64,000 nucleotides of DNA from Nitrososphaeraceae archaeon (GCA_016782225.1 JADDOW010000046.1:3710-67709); one strand, 5' to 3'; positions 35,341 through 46,419 are shown, counted from the first letter of the stretch. Numbers and translations: made by a program. Notes: a model not told the origin generated them from the letters alone.

Positions 35341-37353
35341 ATGTCTATTTCAGAAATAGAATTAAAATTCCTTGTGAATCATATTAAGGAAATTATTGAT
35401 GATGTTTATTATGTGAGCAATATTTACCCCATCACAAAGAGTTCTTTGGTCCTAAAATTCCACCACTCCCAAAAAAATGATATTTCGCTGCTTGTATCTA
35501 CTTTTGGAATATGTGTTACAAAATACAAATATTCTATAGTTGAAGATAATGATGCAATAAAAAAAATAAAGTCTGAATTGGAGCGTTCTAAACTAACGGA
35601 TGTATCAGTTTTTGAGGGAGAAAGGATAGTGCAATTTATTTTTCAAAATGTCAATGGATTAAAATATCATTTAATTGTTGAATTGTTTGGTAATGGGAAT
35701 GTCATATTGTGCAATGAATCGTTAAAAATTCTGGCGCTTATCAATCCAATAAATGTAAGACATAGGGTTTTAAAACCCGGATTAAATTATGCTCCACCAC
35801 CACCAAGAGGAGTCAATCCGTTTTCAATGAATTTTGAAAATTTCTTATCACTGGTTAATACAACTAAAGGAGAAGGAGAAGGAAATATTGATATCAAAAA
35901 ATGGCTTGGACGAAATCTTTCTATTTCAAAGAAATTTGTTGAACATATAATAAATAACTCGGGGATTAAAAACAAAAAAATCAAAGAAATATCGGATGAT
36001 GAATTTAAAAATTTGTTTGACGAGTTGATTTTATTAATTAAAAATATTTCTAATGGTATTGGTCATGAACCTTGTATTGTTTTGGATGAAAGCGGTAATC
36101 CTGCGGATATTAGCCCTATAATTCCTTCTACTGTTGATATAAACCAAATTAGAAAATTTAGCTCATATTCTGACGCAGTTGATGAATTTCTAAATAATCT
36201 TATTGTTAATAGTGATGCCACAAAAAATTCTGATTTAGAAAAGCGTTTGGAACTGTTAGAACACGATTTACAGGAGCAAGAAAAAGCTAAAAACCTTGTA
36301 ATCTCAAAGTCGGCTAAATTGAGAGATTTTGCCACATTACTTATGCGACAAATGGACGCTATGATGAATATTGAAACACCAATCTTTCAAAAAATCCTTT
36401 TTGATTCTAATGCAAAAATATTGAATATTAGAGGAAAATATATTTTGGAAATTGTTGACGAAAAAATGCCTTTGGATTCAGATAACTTTAATCTCCCAAA
36501 ACTTTCTTCATCTTTATTTGGCCTTGCAAAAGAAAAGGAAAGAGGCTTAATCACCATTAAAAACTCTCAATTAAAATTACTGGAACAAATAGATAAACTC
36601 AAACAAAAAAAAGACAAAAAACCTTTGCCTGGTGTTAAAGTGTTAACTAATAAGCAATGGTATGAAAAATACAGGTGGTTTTTTACAAGTGATGGCCTTC
36701 TTGCAATAGGCGGAAAAGATGCCTCATCTAATTCTGTAATTATACGCAAACTACTTACAGAAAATGATTATGTGTTTCATGCTGAGGTTAATGGGTCTCC
36801 ATTTTTTATATTACAAAATGCTAATATTTCCAATACTGATATATCTCAAAGTATTTTAGAAGTGTCCCAAGCCACAGTATCTTTTAGCAGATCTTGGAAA
36901 AGTGGTTTGTCAAGCTCTGACGCATATTGGGTTCTTTCTTCTCAATTAAAAAAGGGTGCTCCTACAGGACAATACCTTCCTAAAGGATCATTTGTAATAG
37001 AGGGAAAAAGAAATTTCGTAAAGAATTTGGAGATCAAATTGGCCATTGGACTGTCTTTTATTGATAATAAATCGCTATTTGTTGTTGGGCCATATCATGC
37101 CGTAAAAAAAAGATCAATATGCATGAGAAACTTATTGCCTTCTGGCTTAGATGTAGTTAAAGCCTCAAAAAAAATTAAAGCAGACTTTGTGGACTATTCA
37201 ATTAAAAATGATTTTCCAAAAGACATAGTTGAACATCTCAAAAGTTTGTCAATAGATGAAATAGTGAGAGTTTTACCTGTTGGCCCGTGCAAATTATTAC
37301 CTATCGAGAAAGGCGACTTAAAAGACAATCTTATTAAAATAACAGAAAAGTAA
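35341..37353 (+). CDS. NFACT-family (Rqc2/RqcH/FbpA-like) ribosome-quality-control protein
   Basis: 670 aa with a central coiled coil. WFFTSDGLLAIGGKDASSNSVIIRKLLTENDYVFHAEVNGSPFFIL is the NFACT-R/DUF814 signature. Confidence 0.8.
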   Translation: MSISEIELKFLVNHIKEIIDDVYYVSNIYPITKSSLVLKFHHSQKNDISLLVSTFGICVTKYKYSIVEDNDAIKKIKSELERSKLTDVSVFEGERIVQFIFQNVNGLKYHLIVELFGNGNVILCNESLKILALINPINVRHRVLKPGLNYAPPPPRGVNPFSMNFENFLSLVNTTKGEGEGNIDIKKWLGRNLSISKKFVEHIINNSGIKNKKIKEISDDEFKNLFDELILLIKNISNGIGHEPCIVLDESGNPADISPIIPSTVDINQIRKFSSYSDAVDEFLNNLIVNSDATKNSDLEKRLELLEHDLQEQEKAKNLVISKSAKLRDFATLLMRQMDAMMNIETPIFQKILFDSNAKILNIRGKYILEIVDEKMPLDSDNFNLPKLSSSLFGLAKEKERGLITIKNSQLKLLEQIDKLKQKKDKKPLPGVKVLTNKQWYEKYRWFFTSDGLLAIGGKDASSNSVIIRKLLTENDYVFHAEVNGSPFFILQNANISNTDISQSILEVSQATVSFSRSWKSGLSSSDAYWVLSSQLKKGAPTGQYLPKGSFVIEGKRNFVKNLEIKLAIGLSFIDNKSLFVVGPYHAVKKRSICMRNLLPSGLDVVKASKKIKADFVDYSIKNDFPKDIVEHLKSLSIDEIVRVLPVGPCKLLPIEKGDLKDNLIKITEK

Positions 37354-37379
37354 TTAAATTCAGATTATGAAGATTTGAT

Positions 37380-37949
37380 ATGGCTAAAGATATTCGGGAT
37401 GAAGACACTGGAATGACTACAAGGATATTGGTTAGTGATGTTATGAATAGTCCCATTGTTCATGCAAAACCCGACGATGATATCATTACAATATCAAAAC
37501 TTATGGGTGAAGCTAAAATTGGGAGTATTATTATATTAAATAATGACGTGCCTTTGGGAATTGTGACCGATTGGGATATTGTCACTAAAGCCGTCGCAAA
37601 AGGTTCAACTCCATCAGGAATAAAAGCATCTGATATAATGCAAAAGCTGATAACAATCAATGGTGACGAAAGCATTACCTCTGCAGCAAGACTCTTAAGA
37701 CAACATAACATAAAACGCTTGGGTGTGACCCACAAAAACAATGTAGTTGGGATTATTTCAGTATCTGATGTTCTGGCAGTTACACCGGAATTATTTGACG
37801 TGGTATCTGAAAAAGCCTTATTAATAAGGGGAGAAATCGGACGTTCTCCTCGAAATGTATCTGGGTATTGTGATGAATGTGGTGATTGGTCTGATTTTCT
37901 ATTGTATGCAGATGGATCATTTACTTGTGAGGCATGCAGAGGAGAATAA
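37380..37949 (+). CDS. CBS-pair protein with a C-terminal zinc ribbon
   Basis: Two CBS-like repeats (VSDVMNSPIVHAKPDD..., ASDIMQKLITINGDES...) and a tail YCDECGDWSDFLLYADGSFTCEAC. Confidence 0.8.
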   Translation: MAKDIRDEDTGMTTRILVSDVMNSPIVHAKPDDDIITISKLMGEAKIGSIIILNNDVPLGIVTDWDIVTKAVAKGSTPSGIKASDIMQKLITINGDESITSAARLLRQHNIKRLGVTHKNNVVGIISVSDVLAVTPELFDVVSEKALLIRGEIGRSPRNVSGYCDECGDWSDFLLYADGSFTCEACRGE

Positions 37950-38055
37950 TAAATTATATGAAAAAACTGAACTAATTTCTTACCTATTTGGGTTATATTT
38001 TATTTTATATCTAACACCAAAGGTTAAAATTCCCTTCTATAGAACTTTTGTTGTA

Positions 38056-38673
38056 ATGAGTTCTATTGTAACTTTGGAACAAACTATTGATAAGGTTTTA
38101 TCTGAATCTCAGATAGAATTTGTCAACAAGATAGATTCTGCATACAATGAGTCCTTGAATAATTTAGAATCTTCCCGTTCAAATATACTACAAGAGTATT
38201 CAAAAATAATTAATAATGCTCAAAAACAATCCGAGAGTATAAAACGCCAAATAATAGGCGCTAGTAAAATCTCTGCCAGAAATAAACAACTATTGTTGTT
38301 GGAATCTGCTGTAAATAATGTTTTTGTAAAGTCCAAAGAAAAATTATATGTTTTAGGCAAGGAAAAGGGATACGAATCTATGCTTTATAGAACATTAGAA
38401 GAAGGTGTCTCAGCTATTCAAACAAGGGATATTATTATAGAGTGCAATAAAAATGACAAAAATCTAATAACTAAAATTATAAATGATTTTATTAAAAAAA
38501 ACATAAATTACAAAATCGCTGTTTCAGATGGTTTTTTTGATTTTATTGGCGGTATTAGGGTTAGATCGTCAGATGGTTTGATGAGTTATGATGGGACTAT
38601 GGATTCTAAGTTGGAAAGAGTCAAACCAATTATAAGGAAGAATATAGCCCAAATTCTACGAGGTGAAGAATAG
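38056..38673 (+). CDS. atpE: A-type ATP synthase subunit E
   Basis: 205 aa from the internal ATG of the 272-aa track ORF. The helical N-terminus and globular C-terminus (FIGGIRVRSSDGLMSYDGTMDSKLE) fit subunit E. It lies directly upstream of atpA. The longer version would overlap the CBS gene. Confidence 0.7.
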   Translation: MSSIVTLEQTIDKVLSESQIEFVNKIDSAYNESLNNLESSRSNILQEYSKIINNAQKQSESIKRQIIGASKISARNKQLLLLESAVNNVFVKSKEKLYVLGKEKGYESMLYRTLEEGVSAIQTRDIIIECNKNDKNLITKIINDFIKKNINYKIAVSDGFFDFIGGIRVRSSDGLMSYDGTMDSKLERVKPIIRKNIAQILRGEE

Positions 38674-38676
38674 AAA

Positions 38677-40461
38677 TTGGTAGCAAAAGGACGAATTATT
38701 TGGGTAAGTGGGCCTGCTGTTAAAGCTGATGGCATGTCTACTGTAAAAATGTACGAAACCGTCGAGGTTGGTGACTCTAAATTAGTTGGGGAGGTTATAC
38801 GTTTAACAGGTGATACTGCATTTATACAGGTTTATGAGTCTACATCTGGACTTAGACCAGGGGAATCAGTCACGGGTACTGGCCAACCATTGTCAGTTCT
38901 TTTAGGCCCCGGAATAATTGGAAAGATTTATGATGGTATCCAAAGACCACTGGGTGAAATAGCTCAAAAATCAGGATCTTACATAGGACGTGGTGTCCAC
39001 ACAGATCCCGTTGATATGAAAAAAAAATATCACTTCCAACCCTTAGTGAGAAAAAGTGACAGTGTGGGTTCGGGTTCGGTAATTGGGTCTGTGGAGGAGA
39101 CACCGCTCTTAAATCACAGCATTATGGTTCCTCCAGATTTTAAGAACGGAACTATCGTTGATGTTATTTCTGAGGGTGATTATGATATTGAACAGGTTGT
39201 TGCAACGCTGGAAACAAGTGATGGGAAAATACCTTTAAAAATGTACCATAAATGGCCTGTGAGAAAACCTAGGCCTTATACAGAAAGATATGATCCTACA
39301 GTGCCATTAATAACGGGCCAAAGAGTTATTGACACATACTTTCCGATAGCAAAGGGTGGTACTGGCGCAATTCCTGGTGGTTTTGGAACTGGTAAAACTG
39401 TTACTTTGCATCAAATTGCGAAATGGGCCGATTCTAAAGTTGTAGTTTACATAGGTTGTGGTGAACGTGGTAACGAAATGACTGAAGTGTTAGTTGAATT
39501 TCCACATTTAATTGACCCTAGATCTAATAGGCCGCTGATGGAGAGAACTGTCCTAGTTGCCAACACTAGTAATATGCCTGTGGCTGCAAGAGAGGCTTCT
39601 ATTTACACTGGTGTAACCCTAGCTGAATACTATAGGGATATGGGGCTGGATGTTGTTCTTGTTGCAGACTCAACAAGCAGATGGGCAGAAGCTTTGAGAG
39701 AAATGTCTGGAAGGCTTGAGGAGATGCCTGCAGAAGAAGGTTATCCTTCATACTTGGCTTCTAGATTGGCTGAATTTTATGAGCGTGCTGGCAGAGTAAA
39801 AGCTTTGGGTTCTCCAAATAGAACTGGTTCTGTGACTCTTGTAGGGGCTGTTTCCCCCTCAGGTGCGGATTTTACCGAACCAGTCACTACTCATACAATT
39901 CGATTCATCAAAACCTTTTGGGCTTTGGATACCAGACTGGCTTATTCAAGACATTATCCTTCTATTAATTGGATGAATTCTTATTCTGGCTATCTGGAGG
40001 ATGTTTCAAAATGGTGGAAGGAAAGTGTTAGTTCCGAATGGTATGACCTTCGTGCGTATTCATATAACCTTTTGCAAAGAGAAGATACATTGAAAGAAAT
40101 TGTAAGGCTTCTTGGTCCAGAATCATTGCCCGATGAGGAAAAATTGATACTTGAAGTCGCAAGGATGATAAAAATTGGTATTTTGCAGCAAAACTCTTTT
40201 GATAAAGTTGATACATACTCTAGTCCTGAAAAACAACTAAAACTAGTAAAATTAATTGTAAATTACCATAAAGAGGCTCAAAAAGCTCTAAAAGAGGGAA
40301 TAACGTTAGCTGATATTAGAACAATGCCTATAATTCCGTCAATACTCAAAGCAAAATTTGAAATTACTGATGAAGATATCGCCAAGTTGGATCAACTAGA
40401 TAAGCAAATGCATGAACAATTTGAAAAAATCGTAAATCAAGGAGTGAAATTGATTGTCTGA
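38677..40461 (+). CDS. atpA: A-type ATP synthase catalytic subunit A
   Basis: [30 protein letters not shown], Walker [43 protein letters not shown]. Confidence 0.95.
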   Translation: MVAKGRIIWVSGPAVKADGMSTVKMYETVEVGDSKLVGEVIRLTGDTAFIQVYESTSGLRPGESVTGTGQPLSVLLGPGIIGKIYDGIQRPLGEIAQKSGSYIGRGVHTDPVDMKKKYHFQPLVRKSDSVGSGSVIGSVEETPLLNHSIMVPPDFKNGTIVDVISEGDYDIEQVVATLETSDGKIPLKMYHKWPVRKPRPYTERYDPTVPLITGQRVIDTYFPIAKGGTGAIPGGFGTGKTVTLHQIAKWADSKVVVYIGCGERGNEMTEVLVEFPHLIDPRSNRPLMERTVLVANTSNMPVAAREASIYTGVTLAEYYRDMGLDVVLVADSTSRWAEALREMSGRLEEMPAEEGYPSYLASRLAEFYERAGRVKALGSPNRTGSVTLVGAVSPSGADFTEPVTTHTIRFIKTFWALDTRLAYSRHYPSINWMNSYSGYLEDVSKWWKESVSSEWYDLRAYSYNLLQREDTLKEIVRLLGPESLPDEEKLILEVARMIKIGILQQNSFDKVDTYSSPEKQLKLVKLIVNYHKEAQKALKEGITLADIRTMPIIPSILKAKFEITDEDIAKLDQLDKQMHEQFEKIVNQGVKLIV

Positions 40462-41899
40462 TTCGATAAATATTGAATATACAAAAATAGCCGAAATTAA
40501 AGGACCATTGATGATAGTGGATGGTATAACACAGGCTTCCTTTGATGAACTAGTGGAAATTGAGACACCTGATGGGGAGAAACGGTTAGGCAGGGTTTTA
40601 GAAGTAGGGCATGGAAAAGCTATAGTTCAGGTATTTGAAGGGACCACGGGTTTGGCTATAGTTGGAACTAAAGCAAAGTTTATTGGAAAAACCATGCAAA
40701 TGCCCGTATCTCCAGAGGTGTTAGGTAGAGTTTTTGATGGTTTGGGGCGCCCAAATGATGGTTTACCTGAACCAATTGCAGATAAATTTTTAGATGTTAA
40801 TGGTGAACCGATGAACCCCGAACAACGTGAATATCCTACCTCTTTTATTCAAACAGGTGTATCTGTAATTGATGGAATGCTAACACTTGTAAGGGGACAA
40901 AAATTACCTATCTTTTCAGGTTCTGGTATGCCTCATAACATTCTAGCCGCTCAGATAGCTAGACAAGCCTCTGTAGTGGGAACCAAAGAAGATTTTGCGG
41001 TTGTTTTTGCAGCAATTGGTGTCCAATATTCAGAGGCCCAATATTTTAAACGCAGTTTGGAGGAATCCGGGGCGCTTCGAAGAAGTGTGTTGTTTTTGAA
41101 CTTGGCTGATGATCCTGCTATTGAACGAATAATTACTCCTAGGGTTGCCTTGACTGTTGCGGAATATTTGGCATTTGATTTGGGCATGCATGTACTAGCT
41201 ATCTTAACGGATATGACCAATTATTCTGAGGCTTTAAGGGAGATTAGTGCTGCAAGAGAAGAAGTTCCTGGAAGGAAAGGATATCCTGGCTACCTATATA
41301 CCGATCTTGCAAATATCTATGAGCGAGCTGGTAGATTGAAAGGAAAGAATGGAAGTGTTACCCAGGTACCTATCCTTTCAATGCCTGCAGACGATATTAC
41401 TCATCCAATTCCGGATTTAACTGGATACATTACTGAAGGGCAGATGGTGTTAGGCCGAGATTTATTCAGAAAAGGAATCTATCCTTCAGTAAATGTCTTG
41501 ATGTCCTTGTCTAGATTGATGAAAGATGGTATAGGCGAGGGAAAAACCCGAAGTGATCACAGCGAAGTCGCAAATCAACTCTACGATGCATATTCTAGAT
41601 CTCAGGAGGTTCGCGCATTAGCCGAAATAGTTGGAAGGGCTGGCCTGACCGGGATAGATCTCAAATATCTTGATACGGGAGACATGTTTGAAAATAATTT
41701 CTTAAAACAAAACTTGGATGAAAATAGATCCCTTGAAGAAACATTAAGTAGAGCTTGGGAGATACTTTCAGCCTTGCCAGAATCAGAATTAACAAAGATA
41801 AAAGATAAACATATCAAGCAATACTATAGACATCAAAATCAACAACAATCAACTAATGTTGGGGTTGCCGCAGCCGTCAGCAGCAGCAACGCCACATAG
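40454..41899 (+). CDS. atpB: A-type ATP synthase subunit B
   Basis: [77 protein letters not shown]. Confidence 0.95.
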   Translation: MSDSINIEYTKIAEIKGPLMIVDGITQASFDELVEIETPDGEKRLGRVLEVGHGKAIVQVFEGTTGLAIVGTKAKFIGKTMQMPVSPEVLGRVFDGLGRPNDGLPEPIADKFLDVNGEPMNPEQREYPTSFIQTGVSVIDGMLTLVRGQKLPIFSGSGMPHNILAAQIARQASVVGTKEDFAVVFAAIGVQYSEAQYFKRSLEESGALRRSVLFLNLADDPAIERIITPRVALTVAEYLAFDLGMHVLAILTDMTNYSEALREISAAREEVPGRKGYPGYLYTDLANIYERAGRLKGKNGSVTQVPILSMPADDITHPIPDLTGYITEGQMVLGRDLFRKGIYPSVNVLMSLSRLMKDGIGEGKTRSDHSEVANQLYDAYSRSQEVRALAEIVGRAGLTGIDLKYLDTGDMFENNFLKQNLDENRSLEETLSRAWEILSALPESELTKIKDKHIKQYYRHQNQQQSTNVGVAAAVSSSNAT

Positions 41900-41917
41900 G
41901 CAATTTTTTTTATTAAA

Positions 41918-42556
41918 ATGTCATTCGGAAGTTCACCTATTGCTACAAAAATTGAATTGCTCAAAACAAGAAGATCAATGCAAGTAGCAAAAATGGTGCA
42001 TAAAATTTTGGATGATAAGCGAGAAGTATTGTTAAAAAAAATAGATGAAATGATTGAAGAAGCAAGCAAAGCCCGAGATGATATTTGGAATCCCCTGAAT
42101 GAGATATACAGATCCATTTTTAACTCTTACTTATCATTAGGTTCAGCCGCTATGGATTCCATATCTACCTCAATACCACCCAGTGTTGAAGTGGATGTTA
42201 ATATTCGTAGAATTGTTGATGTTAAGGTGCCAACACTGAAGGTGACAGAAACTCAGTCATCTGATAAAATTGGCTATGGATTTATTGATACCGTTGCTTC
42301 TGTGGATAATGCGTCAAAACTTATAAAAAACGTATTACCTGGGATTTACAGAGCTGCCGAGTATGAAAATGCTATTTTTAGATTAGCTAAAGAATTGGAG
42401 AAAACTCAAAAGTTAATAAATGCTCTTGAATATGTTATAATGCCCCAATACCAAAATTCAATGACCTTTATTAAATCTACACTAGAAGAGCGGGAGCGAG
42501 AGGAATTCGTAAGACTTAAGAAAGTGAAGGTAGTACTTGATAGACGAAAGGAATGA
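41918..42556 (+). CDS. atpD: A-type ATP synthase subunit D
   Basis: PTKIELLKTRRSMQVAKMVHKILDDKREVLL and C-terminal EEREREEFVRLKKVK fit the subunit D coiled coil. Confidence 0.85.
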   Translation: MSFGSSPIATKIELLKTRRSMQVAKMVHKILDDKREVLLKKIDEMIEEASKARDDIWNPLNEIYRSIFNSYLSLGSAAMDSISTSIPPSVEVDVNIRRIVDVKVPTLKVTETQSSDKIGYGFIDTVASVDNASKLIKNVLPGIYRAAEYENAIFRLAKELEKTQKLINALEYVIMPQYQNSMTFIKSTLEEREREEFVRLKKVKVVLDRRKE

Positions 42557-42562
42557 ATTTTA

Positions 42563-42706
42563 ATGAATGATGAATTTATTAATGATTTGTTTGAAAAATC
42601 CAAACTAAAAATAAAATCTGAACACGACAATATGGTAAATCGCATTAAAGAAATTCTTGAGACAAACAAATCAGAGGCAATAAAAAAAATCAAAGGTTTA
42701 TCATGA
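42563..42706 (+). CDS. 47-aa coiled-coil ORF, possibly a small stalk subunit (speculative)
   Basis: Own translation: MNDEFINDLFEKSKLKIKSEHDNMVNRIKEILETNKSEAIKKIKGLS*. It starts 7 nt after atpD. It is too short for the ORF track. Confidence 0.3.
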   Translation: MNDEFINDLFEKSKLKIKSEHDNMVNRIKEILETNKSEAIKKIKGLS

Positions 42707-42757
42707 TGATGAACTAATTCTTTTACATATTTTGTTTTCTATTTATTTTTACAATTT

Positions 42758-43440
42758 GGCTCTGTTAACTTTAGACATTGTTTCTCTTTATGGTGACTAA
42801 TAAAAGGTTTAACCACCTACTACCTGCTTTTAGTTCGCATTTGTTCTCTTTCTGCAAGGAAAATGGCCCTCAAAACATTTCTATTATGTATTTGATGTCT
42901 TATTGCTTTTTCTATAACACTTTTTCACATGGAGAAATGCATATGATGTTTTATGTTTGGGAACCTGTAGGCTTGCGTATGCCAAATACTCCATCTTATG
43001 AAACAGGATTTTGCCGTATGTATTTGTAAAAGACGAAATAAAGCGTTCTGCTACAAAGCATATTTAGTTTAAAAGACAAATCAATTTGGAGAGTTTATTT
43101 ATTCCACGATTGAATTGCAACCCAAATCCAAACATTAATGAGAACAAACTTTAACAAGCATTGCATCATTTATTCGCTTAAATCTTTTTTTGTTGATATT
43201 TCCTTTGGTTTGTATTTTTGAATTCAGTTTTACACTGACATGTGTCTCCTGCCGACAAACATGCGTAATGCTTTTGCAGTGTTTCTATAGAGGAGACCAA
43301 GAAAACAACGGTATAATCTATAAACAATGTCTTTTGATTTTGTCATTTGTCTTTTATTTCAACATATTTAATAGGTTCCATCTATGGAGTTTCTCAAGTC
43401 AACATGGCCTATAATTTATTCGTTATAGTTAAATAGGGTA
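42758..43440 (-). mobile_element. decayed IS6-like element, inverted relative to 20324-20995
   Basis: GGCTCTGTTAAC at 42758 matches the IS terminus. The minus strand reads QAYRFPNIKHHMHFSM* against QACQFLKIKHHVHPSFE in the intact transposase. CTTTCTGCAAGGAAAAT is shared. The far end (CGTTATAGTTAAATAGGG) is a degraded left-end IR. Multiple stops and frameshifts. Confidence 0.65.
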
Positions 43441-43458
43441 TCCAAACTTGCTTAAATT

Positions 43459-43803
43459 GTGAAAATGAGAATACAATATTTTTCTTCAATGATAATATTT
43501 GGGATTACATTGATAACTGGTGGCGGGTATTTCATAGGAGGAAATGCTTTAGCAGTGGAATCGCCACCCGCAGGCCAGGCACAAGCTGAATCCGCTGGAC
43601 TGAAGTTTGTTGGTGCAGGTGTTGCTTTTGGCCTTGCTGCTTTAGGTGCAGGTGTCGCTATAGGTGGAGTAGGTGCAGCTGGTTTGGCCGCAATTACTGA
43701 AAAACCCGAGCTTCGTTCTCAGGCATTGGTTTTTACTGCTCTTGGTGAGGCTGTCGCAATTTACGGTATAGTTGTAGCTATAATTATCCTTGGACAATCT
43801 TGA
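43459..43803 (+). CDS. atpK: A-type ATP synthase proteolipid subunit K (c)
   Basis: GLKFVGAGVAFGLAALGAGVAIGGVGAAGLAAITEKPELRSQALVFTALGEAVAIYGIVVAIIILG is a two-helix c-subunit hairpin with the conserved Glu. GTG start, or ATG at 43465. Confidence 0.85.
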   Translation: MKMRIQYFSSMIIFGITLITGGGYFIGGNALAVESPPAGQAQAESAGLKFVGAGVAFGLAALGAGVAIGGVGAAGLAAITEKPELRSQALVFTALGEAVAIYGIVVAIIILGQS

Positions 43804-44006
43804 TAACTCAAGATCATTTTTTTTTCTTCGCTTTTTCTACTTAACAAATCCTGTCTTGAAATAACGCCTTTCATTTTAATCGTTAAAGAGTATAACAGAA
43901 GTTACTTAATTCACTATGATAGATGCTATGTCATTTCATAATGATAATCTGTTATAACAACATTTTTTATCAATTAGGATATTTTAAGCTATTAGGAAAT
44001 ATTCTG

Positions 44007-44528
44007 TTAAATTGTAAGTATTTTTTTAGCCGAGTTTATCTTTTCGAAGATTTCTTTGATAAATAAATCTGCGAACTTGTCAAAACTGTAAATTCCAAAT
44101 TTTTTTCTATATTCTTCTTTCCTTTTCGCATATTCCTCCTCTAGCCATAGGAAATCTGATTCTTTTAATTTTACCAAATATCTGCTGGTATCTGATTTTG
44201 ATTCAAACATATTAATCATAAAAATTCCGGCAAATTGTGTAAAATTTCGTGATTTATATTTTATAGAGTACTCCTCTTTATGAATTTCATAATTCTCTAT
44301 TAACCATTTTTTTACATCTAGCCTAATAGTTAGTGAAGTATACATTCCAGAAAAATCTATTTTTAAATCATGCATTACAACTGAATAATAATCACGTTTT
44401 ATTTCATTCATCATAATTATTAAAGCACTAGGAAGAAACATCCCTGGATAATATTCATCAGTAGACTTTTGCAATTTACTTAAAATTGATGGCTTTAATC
44501 CAATAGTGGCATATCCATTCATAGGCAT
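44007..44528 (-). CDS. hypothetical protein
   Basis: 173-aa ORF. The N-terminus (YATIGLKPSILSKLQKSTDEYY) is faintly ribbon-helix-helix-like. No firm motif. Confidence 0.45.
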   Translation of the reverse strand: MPMNGYATIGLKPSILSKLQKSTDEYYPGMFLPSALIIMMNEIKRDYYSVVMHDLKIDFSGMYTSLTIRLDVKKWLIENYEIHKEEYSIKYKSRNFTQFAGIFMINMFESKSDTSRYLVKLKESDFLWLEEEYAKRKEEYRKKFGIYSFDKFADLFIKEIFEKINSAKKILTI

Positions 44529-44599
44529 AACCTAATCTTGCATTTTTTCTCCTTATTAATTTTCTTTAAAAAAAACAAAATGAATTGGTGCCTGTTTCC

Positions 44600-46114
44600 T
44601 TATGCAGGCGGTTTATATCCTTTCAAATCCTCCCCATTTATGACGTCTTCCTCTGGTGGAACATAATCTACGACTCCGGCCCGTTTAACTCCTGGATGTT
44701 TCTTTTGTGTGGCTAATGCAACGACTATGAACACTATGACTGAAATTATTGGAGGTATGAATGTATCAAGCCCAGCATACTCTATCGGAGTAACATAATA
44801 TGTTACTAACCTTAAAGATGACCCTACCACCAATGACGCTATTGCAGCGGGTAGATTCGCTTTTTTCCAGAATAGACCTAATGTTAGCACTGCCCATGCC
44901 CCTGCAAAAACTATGTCAAATGCCAAGACTAGGTAAATTCCGGGACGAGGAATTGTGGCACCCAATATCAAGCCTGACAGCATTATTGGTATTGTAACCA
45001 TGCGGGTTGTTAGTAACATTGTTTTATCATCTAGTCCAGTTCGTTTTAGTATGCCTCGTAAAATATCACGCTGAATTAAATTTCTGGAAATTACACTGGA
45101 AATTGCAAGTAAACCTCCGTTGGATGTAGACATGGATGCACCTACAACTCCCATTAATAAGGCAGCTCCAATTGGAAATGGGAGATATTCTATTGCTAGT
45201 ATGGGGTATACTCTATAAGGATCGGTTTCTGGCAAGAAATATAGCCCAATAATTCCCATCATACTTACAGGGACGACAATTGAAATTGTCAGCAGACCTG
45301 CCATGAGGGCTCCATTTCTAGCAGTTTTACCGCTTTTTGCGGAGAATACTCGTTCCATAAAATCCAATGCGACCACATCTCCCAATCCCAAAGCTATAAT
45401 TGCCGCCCAGTTGACTAAAGCACCACTCTTGACATCGGTTAAACCACTCATATCTAGAAATCCTGGCGGAGCAGATCCCATTATAGTCCCAAAATCTACT
45501 CCAGAAAATCCAAAAACAAAGAAAAGAAATGCTGCCCAGAAGGCTCCCACTGTCAAATAAACCTGAAAAATATCTGTATATGCTGATGAGAATAAACCTC
45601 CTGCAAATGTGTATACCAACACTGCGCTAGCGACTATCAACATGGCCCAAAAAAGATCGATATGTAAAACTGCAGAAAGAATAAAACCGCCGGCTGCAAA
45701 ATTGCCTGCAACAAGAATAATGAAACTTATCGCCAGTATTACTGATGACAACCCCTCTGCTTCAACACCATATCGCCTGAAATAAAAATCAGGGAGTGTA
45801 AGCATGGACATTTTATTTAGTCTTTTACCATAAACGGTTCCTGTCAGTATTAGGCATACAGCCAATCCTATAGGAATTGCAGCTCCTGCCCAAAATCCAA
45901 ATTGATATACAAGAGACACATTACCTAGCGAGGAGTTCCCATCTATTGATTGAGCAGCAAGCATCGTTCCCACAAAAAATAAGGGCATGCTCTTTCCAGC
46001 AACCATGTATCTTTTGCTACTTTTTTTTACCAGCATGGATGTTAATACACCTACTGATAACACAAGTCCCATAAAGGAAAGGACAGCAATCCCATAACTA
46101 TCTAATATCGCCAA
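44600..46114 (-). CDS. sodium:solute symporter (SSS) family transporter
   Basis: 504 aa with ~13 TM segments and SSS-like blocks (YMVAGKSMPLFFVGTMLAAQSIDGNSSLG, GGLFSSAYTDIFQV). Confidence 0.8.
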   Translation of the reverse strand: MAILDSYGIAVLSFMGLVLSVGVLTSMLVKKSSKRYMVAGKSMPLFFVGTMLAAQSIDGNSSLGNVSLVYQFGFWAGAAIPIGLAVCLILTGTVYGKRLNKMSMLTLPDFYFRRYGVEAEGLSSVILAISFIILVAGNFAAGGFILSAVLHIDLFWAMLIVASAVLVYTFAGGLFSSAYTDIFQVYLTVGAFWAAFLFFVFGFSGVDFGTIMGSAPPGFLDMSGLTDVKSGALVNWAAIIALGLGDVVALDFMERVFSAKSGKTARNGALMAGLLTISIVVPVSMMGIIGLYFLPETDPYRVYPILAIEYLPFPIGAALLMGVVGASMSTSNGGLLAISSVISRNLIQRDILRGILKRTGLDDKTMLLTTRMVTIPIMLSGLILGATIPRPGIYLVLAFDIVFAGAWAVLTLGLFWKKANLPAAIASLVVGSSLRLVTYYVTPIEYAGLDTFIPPIISVIVFIVVALATQKKHPGVKRAGVVDYVPPEEDVINGEDLKGYKPPA

Positions 46115-46336
46115 CGATTGAAATAATTAATTAGTAAATATATAAATATTATCTATAATATAGAATATTAACTTTGCTGGTGTTTTATTTTATTATTTTT
46201 ACAATTTTTTATTATAAAACATGAATAATGATTATTAATAAACCATATCCTCACATCTAAAAAATAAATTCTTTTGCACTTGTTGATATTTGGTTTATGA
46301 CGATGCAAAATATACTATAGCTAAAGTGTTTTTTAG

Positions 46337-46419
46337 ACGTAAACTACGTTATTCAAAGGAAAAAATGAAATTATGATTGATTTATTCGACTGTCGAACTT
46401 TTTTGAAAACGTAGTTTAC
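46337..46419. promoter_or_regulatory. 12-bp perfect inverted repeat GTAAACTACGTT / AACGTAGTTTAC in the divergent promoter region
   Basis: The arms are at 46339-46350 and 46408-46419. The second arm abuts a TATA-like AATATTTATT ~40 nt upstream of the ureohydrolase ATG. Confidence 0.3.

Noticed and set aside
37855-38055. N-terminal 67-aa extension of the atpE ORF in the track
   Set aside because: It overlaps the 3' end of the CBS/zinc-ribbon gene in another frame. The subunit E-like sequence begins at the ATG at 38056.
42778-43414. Track ORFs 42778-43029 and 43190-43414
   Set aside because: They lie inside the decayed IS6-like relic, on the strand opposite the transposase remnants, with no motifs. 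They are spurious.
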